Source: Paramoeba atlantica
Lineage: Eukaryota > Protista > Discosea
DNA: 64,000 nucleotides
Reading direction: 5' to 3'
Assembly: GCA_977017575.1 (NCBI GenBank)
Contig: CDRNVI010000006.1
Span: 124,001-188,000 of the forward strand
This document shows positions 1 through 8,587 of this stretch, in pieces. The position numbers and the translations under genes were made by a program. Under the pieces are notes generated by a model. That model did not search any database, had not been told where the DNA came from, and was given only the letters and a program-made list of their open reading frames with translations. Position 1 is the stretch's first letter; the number at the start of each line of letters is the position of its first letter.

Positions 1-1
1 C

Positions 2-808
2 CGTCGTCGCGTAGACTTTCAAACGCGCAGCCTGTTGTTCTTTTTTCTCAGCTTCCAATTTCGCTTGATTCTCTTTTTCTTCTGCTTCAATTTTTTTCAT
101 CAGTTCATGAAAGCTTCGACGTACTTTGATCTGCGAGGCCTGCTTTTCGTTTGTTTGCAAGGGTGATTCTGCCGTCGTGGTGCTATTTTGCCGTTGCGAG
201 TAAGATGGCGGCGTCGGAGGGAGTGGTTGCAAATGATTAGTCGGCGGGAGGGCTGTCGGGGACGGCGGAATGTTCCTTTCGACTTCATCCATAAGAGGGG
301 TGTGTTGTACAGGCTCACTTTTGTCTTGCGCTTTAATTTTCTCTTCTTCCGCTTGTTTCGTATTCATTCTCTTTTTGAATTCATAAAAAGATATACGTTG
401 ATGGCTTCTTTTCTTCTGGCTACGTGGTGATTCGCCTAGCGGTTTCTTGCTTGGAGATTCTTTGCTTGGAGTGCTTGAGTTGGCGACGGTGGGGGGCGGC
501 GAGGGTGGCGGAGAAGAGGAAGCCCGGGGAGGCGAGAATGGCGGCGGCAGACACTCCGTTGGAGGGCGTGGCGGCGATGTTGGCGCAGTGGGCGCGGTCG
601 TGGACTTCAATCTGGGTGGAGCGCTCCGTGGAAGAGTGTCCGGTGCGATGTGTGCCGATTTCTTTCTGCGACGGACGGGCATGAGAGGCAGAATCCCCGG
701 AGCAGGTGATGTCAATGGATACGGCTGTGCAATGATCTCCGGTGGTATTTTGTTGTCCCTTTTCAGATCGTTGTCCCTTGCGCGCGCTCTTCGAGAAAAG
801 GAGTGCAT
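2..808 (-). CDS. Hypothetical Pro/Ser-rich then Lys/Glu-rich protein, open off the left edge (absent from the ORF track)
   Basis: Hand translation: no stop from 997 to the window edge; first ATG at 808 (MHSFSRRARARDND...FYEFKKRMNTKQAEEEK...). No family recognised. Confidence 0.4.
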   Translation of the reverse strand, partial: MHSFSRRARARDNDLKRDNKIPPEIIAQPYPLTSPAPGILPLMPVRRRKKSAHIAPDTLPRSAPPRLKSTTAPTAPTSPPRPPTECLPPPFSPPRASSSPPPSPPPTVANSSTPSKESPSKKPLGESPRSQKKRSHQRISFYEFKKRMNTKQAEEEKIKAQDKSEPVQHTPLMDEVERNIPPSPTALPPTNHLQPLPPTPPSYSQRQNSTTTAESPLQTNEKQASQIKVRRSFHELMKKIEAEEKENQAKLEAEKKEQQAARLKVYATT

Positions 809-1302
809 GCTGGGTCGCGCGGGTGGTGAAGAAAGCGGCGCAGTGATAGCCCCAATGGATGGCTCGAGCGGCTGCGGGGAAAGCTGCGCAGACGGGGAAG
901 ATGGCGCCAAGGATGGTGTCAAAGTCACAAGCGGCCATGTTGAGGAAGGTGTGGAGTTAGGCGGTGGCGGCGGTGACCGTTGCGTTTTTTTTTTTACTTA
1001 CTTTCCTACTTACTTTACTTCGCCCTTATCAACTTCGCCCGCTTCTCTCCCTTATCTCCACCCCCCAAAGAAACCATCCGCGACTTCCCGACTTCACCCG
1101 CTTCTTTCCCTCACTTCCCCGCCTACCGTGGAGACACCGCTGTCACATCCTCCGCCGCCGCCTCCATCGCCCGCACTAATCTTACCCCAACGGGAGTCAC
1201 AACAGTCACCCTCGTCGCCCACAGAACCGCCGAACAAACAAGCATTTTTTTTTTTGATGCGCTGGACAATTCTTATCGTAAACTCTTAAAAAAAGACCTT
1301 TG

Positions 1303-2055
1303 TTTTTTTTTTTTGCAATTAATAAGGGGGGAGAAGTATGAATCGCGGCATTGCCTCTATATTTTGACCCAGTAGACGAACCAAGTACATAGTAGGTCCA
1401 TTAGGGGGGTATATGAATTTAAAACAAGCAATCAAATTAGCAATTCTTTTTATTTCCACAGATGTATATTTTCTTTTTCGAAATCAGCGTCTTCTTTCTC
1501 ACACATAATGAACAAGAATAAATAAAATGAAACCAATTCCTAAATCATGTAATATCTTTCTTCATAAAGCAATTCAAAGAATTCAACTGCTTTAGTATCC
1601 TCACCACCTATCCATGAAAAGAAATTAAGGTACCTGGCCATTTCAATCAAACTTACAGTATTTGAAACAAATCCACAACAAACTCCTTTACTTACGAACG
1701 GGCATCCCGTCCGCCAACTCCGCGAACCAGCCCGCAATAAAAAGGTTAGAGAAGGAGTGTCACTATACCAAACTAAATAAATGAAATCTCTAAACAAAAC
1801 AAACAAATCATATCTCATAATATAAATATTATGTGCCCCGAAGGGCCATTATATCAATCATCCTAAATTTCTAAACGTATACTTATATTTTTTCTCAGCC
1901 CAAAACTTTTCAGCAATTCAATCTCCCCTAAGTATATACGACAAACAAGACACAGTAAAAATAAAAACAAGCAATCAAGACCCAATCCATTCGCGCGTTT
2001 CGGACCGGGTCTTTCGACCACTCCACGGCCTGACTTGTGAACCCTTCCCTTGTGT
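1303..2055 (-). mobile_element. Isolated 3' end (3' UTR + poly(A)) of the CRE element, split by an unrelated ~450-bp segment
   Basis: 1313-1446 matches 3889-4016 and ~1895-2055 matches ~4028-4175; T-run at 1303-1314 reads as poly(A) on the minus strand. Confidence 0.85.
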
Positions 2056-3202
2056 ACCTTGTTGATTACTTTTCTTACTCTTACAATTATGTCCACCCCC
2101 CACGGCAACACTCTCCCAGGGGTGAACTTTTCACACGCTGATCGGAAGAATAGCTTACAATCCAATCCCAAGAAGATTCCGCGAATCAGAATAGTGACGA
2201 GTGAGAAGGAACTTTCGAAATCATGGGCAGACCATGGAGCGTACGACTTTCCACCTCGAGAACGAATCAAGGCCAGAGCACGCGATGATGCCGAAATATA
2301 TTTGTCTCCAATAGATTGTACGTCGAATGTAAGCTCAGATGCCGATTCACGAGACAGCTTTGGCAGCGATACCTCAGATACGATGTCCACGGACGGTGAC
2401 CAGCTAGCAACGATCGGAAGGTTTCCCAAGGCGCCGGATCGCGTTCTCGACATCATAAAGGACTGGGGAAAGGGTAGCACGTGCGAAATACGATGGGGAT
2501 TCAATGAGAAAGAGACATATACCAGTGAAGGTGCGGTGTCCAAGAGAACGGTGCGTCGAGGTTTAGTGAAGCTCACGATTGCATACAAACCTAAAGAGGG
2601 TAGCGAAGGACCCGCTGGTCTTCTTCACCTTCCGCAATCCGCGAAGATCAAAATTTGGTCGATTAACGAAGTGAAGATTAACAAAATCAAGACTCCCTCC
2701 GTTGGATCCGTAGAAGAGAAGAACTCAGACCTGAATGAAAGCTTTGAGACAGCGGACGACGGGTGCGACCTAGATCCCCTCCCCAGATTTTCGCAAATTG
2801 ATTCTTCGTTCTCAGTACACGTTGTTGCAATTTTTCGCTCGATTATTGGTGCTTATCCGAAAGCCAAGACAGAATCAGAGAAATCCGCTATCTGGCACAA
2901 ACTTTTAAATGCTCCCAGGGATTCTTTAGCAACATTACATCAGAACTTAATCCGACGTCAGAGCTCAGTTAGAAAATCCCGCAAGAACTGGATGGAGGAA
3001 GATGACTCAAAACTGAGCGAGCATGACCGCTTAGAATTAGACATGGACCGCCGTTCTATTAGCAACGCTTTGCAAGCGGGACGAGCAGGAAATCTAAGCA
3101 AAGCAACGTGAATACTAGACAACGTGTATCGAGATTCACCTCTCACGGCAGAAGAAAAATCTCAGACACTAAAATCAGAAATCCACGCCGAGGGGGCTCC
3201 AT
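2050..3202 (+). pseudogene. Possible N-terminal/pre-RT fragment of another CRE-like ORF
   Basis: ALQAGRAGNLSKAT*ILDN resembles the pre-RT helix of the 4414 ORF (RAELLVRQGEYSRGMAAL); frame continues past the TGA at 3109-3111; no RT follows. Confidence 0.4.
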
Positions 3203-4413
3203 GAAACTTATAAGTAACAAACAAATATAAGTAAATACCTATGACTAATATAATCACACTTCCAAATCGTCCCAAAATCAAAGAACACATAATACGATAT
3301 ATAGATAGAATTCACATGCACAAACATAGTTCAAAAGAAAGCCTGCATAAAACCAATAATAATGTGTCACGTTGTTAACGGGATTCCCCCCCACCGGAAC
3401 CCTCGGCCAACCTGCCCGCACACACGTCACACAAAATAAAACCTGTATAAAAATGCCCGGACATATAGTAAATCATATATAGAAAAGAAATCATAATCAA
3501 ACCTCACTTACAGAACTCGTACAAGGATAACGATAGCAATAGATGACCAGTCCACTGCCACGCCCTTTACAAGCTCACACGAGCTACACAGGTTACGCTT
3601 TCAACCTCTGCCCATGCACCAACTTGGGACCTAGAAGTGTGGAGCAACTAGGCGTGGTGTACGGCCGTGTCAACAGTGACGCGGCTAAAAAACATTAAGG
3701 CGCTAACCGCAGAGCAAAGGAAACCTTTACTCATCTCTACCTCACATTGGGGAACCTTGCTTCTGAAAAAACAAGGCGTGAGAATAAAGAGCTGTTAACC
3801 GATTAACATCCATAACCTTCCAAAATTATAGGGACAACCTCCAAACCCCAGGACCCCGTCCGCTTTTTTTTTTTTTTTTTTTTTTGTCTTGCAATTAATA
3901 AGGGGGGAGAAGTATGAATCGCGGCATTGCCTCTATATTTTGACCCATTAGACGAACCAAGTAGGTCCATTGGGGGGGGTATATGATTTTAAAACAAGCA
4001 ATCAAATTAGCAATTTCATATTTTGGAGCCCAAAACTAGCAATTCGATCTCCCGTAAGTATAAGAACAATAAAAACAATAACAATAAAAACAAGCAATCT
4101 ATGCCCAATCCATTCGCGCGTTCCGGACCGGGTCTTTCGACCTCTCCACGGCCTGGCTTGTGAACCCTTCCCTTGTTATATGGGAGGGCGCAGGCGCGGG
4201 CCTGTGTCGACAGCGACACGGTCGCGAAACAGGATGCTGGCCGACGGGGAGGAAGTTTTAGTTCCCGACCCATGTCCTACCTCACTTGGAGTACCTAGCC
4301 CTTGAGGGCTAGGCGTGAGCATAGACCCTGTCGGCATCGACCAGCATCCAGGCCAGCCATCTATGAGGGCGCAAACGTGGGTCTGTGCTGACTGCCGTCC
4401 GGTCAGGAAACGT

Positions 4414-7400
4414 TTACTCCCCCAAGCAAGGAAACGGGTCATCAGGGAGAAGGCGATTAACCATCATGCGGGCCTGAAGGCGCATGAGGGTCACGTTTAA
4501 CTCCGTGAAGATTCTGCTCGTCGCCCCCCCTTCTGTCAATAACCCGCACGAGGCGTGCGAAAGCCGTTCTCCAACTTTACGGAGTACTGCGGATGCACTG
4601 CTGCTCCACGCACCGTAGCTCTCCACCACCATGGCGGTGAAGGCACAGCCGGCTTCTTCAGATTCGTGTCTCTGCTGGCCCTTTTGCGTTGATGAATATT
4701 GTTCAGCAAATGACCCCGCGGTTACCCAGCTAGCATTCCGGACTTTGTCCGTATATTTTAGTTGCTGAGCATGGGTGACCGCGAAGTCAAGTACAATCGG
4801 ATTCCCCAACTGGAGACCGGGCAAATAGACATCGCCGGGTCTGGTGAGGGCGCCCCCTGGGCCTCTGTTGCCAAGACTTTTTTCTCGTTGTGGGGCCAGT
4901 TTGGCTCTGCTGCAAAGGTCGGCGAACTGATCTGCCACGGCATTATGCCTCGTGATAATTCCATTGCCGTGTTTGCAGGACAATGCGTGGTCCCCTTTGG
5001 TGTCCAGTGGGAGAGAACATTTCGGCATAGGGCATTTCCCTTCTTCAGGGTAGACGTCGATCCCTAACCACCAGCGGGCCAAGGTTCGAAACTCTGTAGG
5101 AGTAAAGGAATACCCCATGTCCTTAGACGGGGTTACAAAAGCCCAACTGCTTGCCCCTTTCCCGCATTGAGATATCCATCTTGTTCGTGTTCGCACATCT
5201 GACATCTCGTACGAATGAGAGAAATCATAGGCCGCGATCGCGTAGCTGATGTCTCGTTGGCGTGGAATCTTCCCTTTCCTCCATTGTGGTGGATCTGTAT
5301 CAGTACAATCCTCCGAGGCATATAATGGTGTAGATAAGTGGATATCTTCAGGGATGTGCATGGTGCGGGAAGTTGTACGGAGCGCGGGTGGTAGGGAGTT
5401 CTCTGAGGGAGGGTTATCGTTGACACTTAGGGTACGTTTCCTTTTTCGGTAAAAGAAGGGACTACTAACTGCTTTTTCGCAAGGGGCGTTCGGCGTTGTA
5501 AGGATCCGACCTCGGGGATCAAGTAAAGATGTTCCAGCTTTCTGGTTGATGTCCCTGACAGCTTCCACAAATCCATCCGCATCAGAGGGGTTCCATGAAT
5601 CTTTGTCCGCAGAGAAGGCGACGGAAGATACGTATGCGGCAGTGGCGTGTAACGCTGCGGATCTTAACCCAAAACCGCCGTGCCGCTTCAAACGTTGTGC
5701 CTGAGATCGGGCGTAGGGGTCCAGGGGGCAAATTATAGCTTCGATGGCGGTCATAAGAAAATCGTCGAGTCGGGCGCAGAGATGGGCTATGGTTTGGGGT
5801 GGTGTGCTTCTCAGGGCGTAGACCATCTGGCAGAAACCGGCACACTGCCTGATAAGAGCAAGTGCAACCTGTGGGTCCCGAATGGTGGCGATCGCGTCGA
5901 GCGTATCCTCAGCGGGGCCTATGGCGTGGATCGCGAGATACTCTGAGCAGTGTTCGGGCGATCCCACCGGGCTTCCAAGGATGTCGAAATTGCCATGGAC
6001 GTTGATCTTATTGACGGGTATGTCTGGAAATTCAGAGGCGTGGTGTGCCGAGGTCGGGGGTGTAATGATCTCGCATTTAGACATGTTAAGGAATAAGCCC
6101 CATTGCGGACCTACTCTGGCAATCGTGTCGAGGGCGTTCCTGACGTCTTGCGCCTGGCCAATGAGGACACCGTCGTCGAGGTACCACAGCTGGGCGAAGA
6201 GGTCCGCCTGAAGATCGATTGCTTCTGAGAGCGCTAAGGACACTAATGAGAAGAGTAGCGGTCCTAAAGGGTCGCCCTGCTGCACTCCTTCTTCGGAAGA
6301 AAGTGATCGGAGTCCGTAGGTAAGGGAGCTGGGATTTGCGTAGCACCAGTTTATCCATGGGAATAGCTCAGGGAAATGTTCCTGGACTAGAGGTAGAAAG
6401 CAAGCTCTGCTCACGTTGTTGAACGCGTTCCGGAGGTCAACTTTGCATAGTACAAAATTGGGGCAATCCATGTTCGATGAAATAGCCAAGCGGCACATGT
6501 GGATTATGCGCTCAGCCCCTGCTGGTGTAGCTACACCATATTGCCGACCAGCGAAAAGAGTACTAGCTTTGGACCGAACCGCGTTGCACGCAGCCTTGCT
6601 CACCAACCGTCTCACAGTTTCTCCTGCGGCAATTGGGCGGACGTCGTTTTCGCCTTTCTCTAAAGCGCACAGCCGGGCTCCAGCAAAGTGGCTCTGTACT
6701 TCCACTGGTGCTTTTCCCGCTAGGAGGTGATTCGCCAGCTTCGTTAGAGACTGGAGTGAATTAATGTTCTTGCCTCCGTGGGTAAGTATCGCCGCTTGTA
6801 AGTGCTCGGGGCGCAGTCCCATTGTGCCCGCGGAGGAGCCTCGGTGAAAACCCCTTACCGCCTTCTCAATTTCGGATTCATCCAACTCCAGGGGTGCTGC
6901 AGCGGGGAAGTGGTTGACGCTCCCAGGGATGAGCAGACGGCAGGGGTGTTTTTCTTGTAGCTTAGAGAACGTGGCATCATCGTCCGGAGCCATTGGATCC
7001 GACGTTAGAGCAGCCATGCCTCTGGAATATTCCCCCTGCCGAACGAGGAGTTCTGCCCTTAGTGTGGCTTTCTCTTCTTCATCACTAACCTCGGTAGGGG
7101 TTGCTTCCTTTTTGCGGTAGGTCGTCAAGGCCTCTTTCCAGAGGAGGGAATAATCCAACGCAAGCCAACGCTGCATGCAACTGTAGGCGTGGGAAGCATA
7201 TGCCATGTGGCCTTTGCGGCCTCCACGGCGTGGGGCGGGGAGGACACATTTGGGTAGCATGGCCAGCAAGGTCCACGACTGCAGTGAATTGTCTTTGACG
7301 GCGTTATCCATGGTCTCCGTAAGAATTTCACCCCACAGCTGGCGGCATCGATGTGGTACGTCCTTGCATGTACTAAGCGGTAGCGAGCAGATAGTTGATA

Positions 7401-8403
7401 AAGATGGAAGCTCAAACTGAGTGATTCCGGCTCTCCGTCCTGGGCTCTCCGCGTCAGGAAGGGTTTGCGCATGAAGCTCGGATGGCGGAGAGGCCATTGT
7501 TGCTTTGCAGCTATGGGAGTGATATGAACGTTTGTTTTTGTCGTAGTTTCGCCCGCAAGAAGAACAAAGGAAGCGACCTTCTACATCCCACCACTCTGCG
7601 GGAATGCTGCTTCCGTGCCGGCAAGCGATGTGGTTGTAAAAAGCTTGCCACGACCCGCCGTGTGGCAAGCTCCGCCATGAACATCCCTGAGCCGGGCACT
7701 GTCGAGAATCGTCTCCGTTGAGGGGAAAAGATGCGCCTTGTGATCCGGAGTACCCATCTTCCTGTTGTCCTTGACTCAATTCTGCTGAGACAGTGTTCTC
7801 TGCAGAATTGGTTGCTGGGGGCATTCCTCGTCGTTGCGATGGTGGGGGATAGGGGGCAGCTTGGTCGTGAATCGTGGATCCAGCGGACGCAGTCTGTATT
7901 TGGGTTGTCGTTAGTTGCGTCGAACATGGATCAAGCTCCATTGCAAGCAAATCTTCCCTATCGCGTAACTCATTGTCGTGTACCCTATGGTCCGCCTCTT
8001 CCGTTTTTCTGAAAGTGGTTTTCTCTCGCGTCTTGGGAGTTTTTATGAGGCCTCGAATGTGCCCTTTAGTACAAGGAGATGAGGTGGATGCTTTACGCCG
8101 TACAAACTTCTTTGCAACAGAATCTTTGTCAGACTGTGGTGCTTTAACCTCGTGACCTGGGCCGATGAGCACCCGAGAGTGATTCATTTCTTCGTCGCTT
8201 CCATCTTCGCGTCCTGTGTCAGGTGTCGGTTTTCCGTGTGAAATCGAATCAGCTTTTTTGCACCAGTCTTCAGGGATATTCGTAGGAATGGGAGTGGTGT
8301 ATAGAAGTTCGTTGTAGGTACTCGGCTGGTTAATGAGGTGCGCATTACCTTCAAATTGATCCCAGGATCCTGTTTTATGAGTCGACTCCTCTTCGCCGGT
8401 CAT
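4414..8403 (-). CDS. CRE-clade polyprotein: Zn fingers, reverse transcriptase, CCHC, restriction-like endonuclease
   Basis: First ATG at 8403 (MTGEEEST). C2H2-like CPAQGC...HIACRH; RT motifs VRPIAAGETVRRLVSK, KVDLRNAFN, GVQQGDPLGPLLF, YLDDG; CPMPKC...HALSC; RLE RPGDVYLP...VLDFAVTH. Confidence 0.93.
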   Translation of the reverse strand: MTGEEESTHKTGSWDQFEGNAHLINQPSTYNELLYTTPIPTNIPEDWCKKADSISHGKPTPDTGREDGSDEEMNHSRVLIGPGHEVKAPQSDKDSVAKKFVRRKASTSSPCTKGHIRGLIKTPKTREKTTFRKTEEADHRVHDNELRDREDLLAMELDPCSTQLTTTQIQTASAGSTIHDQAAPYPPPSQRRGMPPATNSAENTVSAELSQGQQEDGYSGSQGASFPLNGDDSRQCPAQGCSWRSLPHGGSWQAFYNHIACRHGSSIPAEWWDVEGRFLCSSCGRNYDKNKRSYHSHSCKATMASPPSELHAQTLPDAESPGRRAGITQFELPSLSTICSLPLSTCKDVPHRCRQLWGEILTETMDNAVKDNSLQSWTLLAMLPKCVLPAPRRGGRKGHMAYASHAYSCMQRWLALDYSLLWKEALTTYRKKEATPTEVSDEEEKATLRAELLVRQGEYSRGMAALTSDPMAPDDDATFSKLQEKHPCRLLIPGSVNHFPAAAPLELDESEIEKAVRGFHRGSSAGTMGLRPEHLQAAILTHGGKNINSLQSLTKLANHLLAGKAPVEVQSHFAGARLCALEKGENDVRPIAAGETVRRLVSKAACNAVRSKASTLFAGRQYGVATPAGAERIIHMCRLAISSNMDCPNFVLCKVDLRNAFNNVSRACFLPLVQEHFPELFPWINWCYANPSSLTYGLRSLSSEEGVQQGDPLGPLLFSLVSLALSEAIDLQADLFAQLWYLDDGVLIGQAQDVRNALDTIARVGPQWGLFLNMSKCEIITPPTSAHHASEFPDIPVNKINVHGNFDILGSPVGSPEHCSEYLAIHAIGPAEDTLDAIATIRDPQVALALIRQCAGFCQMVYALRSTPPQTIAHLCARLDDFLMTAIEAIICPLDPYARSQAQRLKRHGGFGLRSAALHATAAYVSSVAFSADKDSWNPSDADGFVEAVRDINQKAGTSLLDPRGRILTTPNAPCEKAVSSPFFYRKRKRTLSVNDNPPSENSLPPALRTTSRTMHIPEDIHLSTPLYASEDCTDTDPPQWRKGKIPRQRDISYAIAAYDFSHSYEMSDVRTRTRWISQCGKGASSWAFVTPSKDMGYSFTPTEFRTLARWWLGIDVYPEEGKCPMPKCSLPLDTKGDHALSCKHGNGIITRHNAVADQFADLCSRAKLAPQREKSLGNRGPGGALTRPGDVYLPGLQLGNPIVLDFAVTHAQQLKYTDKVRNASWVTAGSFAEQYSSTQKGQQRHESEEAGCAFTAMVVESYGAWSSSASAVLRKVGERLSHASCGLLTEGGATSRIFTELNVTLMRLQARMMVNRLLPDDPFPCLGE

Positions 8404-8451
8404 ATTAAAGGAACCGCGTACCTGCAAAAAGATGGAATAAGGAAAATAATT

Positions 8452-8483
8452 CAACAAGGTACAGAAACTGTATCTTTATCGTT
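8452..8483 (-). other. Spliced-leader exon relic (32 nt)
   Basis: Minus strand AACGATAAAGATACAGTTTCTGTACCTTGTTG contains the conserved kinetoplastid SL core ACAGTTTCTGTAC and ends in TTG. Confidence 0.8.
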
Positions 8484-8570
8484 AAAGTTTTTTGTCTTTG
8501 TTTTTTTTCTTTTTTTCTTGTCTTTGTTTTTTTTCTTTTTTTTCTTGTCTTGTCTTGTTTTTTTTTTGTA
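8484..8570 (-). repeat. A-rich tail-like tract with CAAGAC/CAAAGAC units
   Basis: Plus strand is almost pure T with GTCTT/GTCTTT interruptions. Confidence 0.8.
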
Positions 8571-8587
8571 TTTGGTGATCCTGTCCC

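Larger units (their letters stand above)
3864..8483 (-). mobile_element. CRE/SLACS/CZAR-clade non-LTR retrotransposon, near full length
   Basis: SL-like head (8452-8483), single long ORF, ~520-nt 3' UTR, poly(A) (T-run 3864-3885). Confidence 0.9.

Noticed and set aside
447-1289. Gly-rich plus-strand ORF and other low-complexity ORFs in the 25, 29 and 38 kb tracts
   Set aside because: Expected from stop-poor GC-skewed sequence; only frames with extra support are reported.
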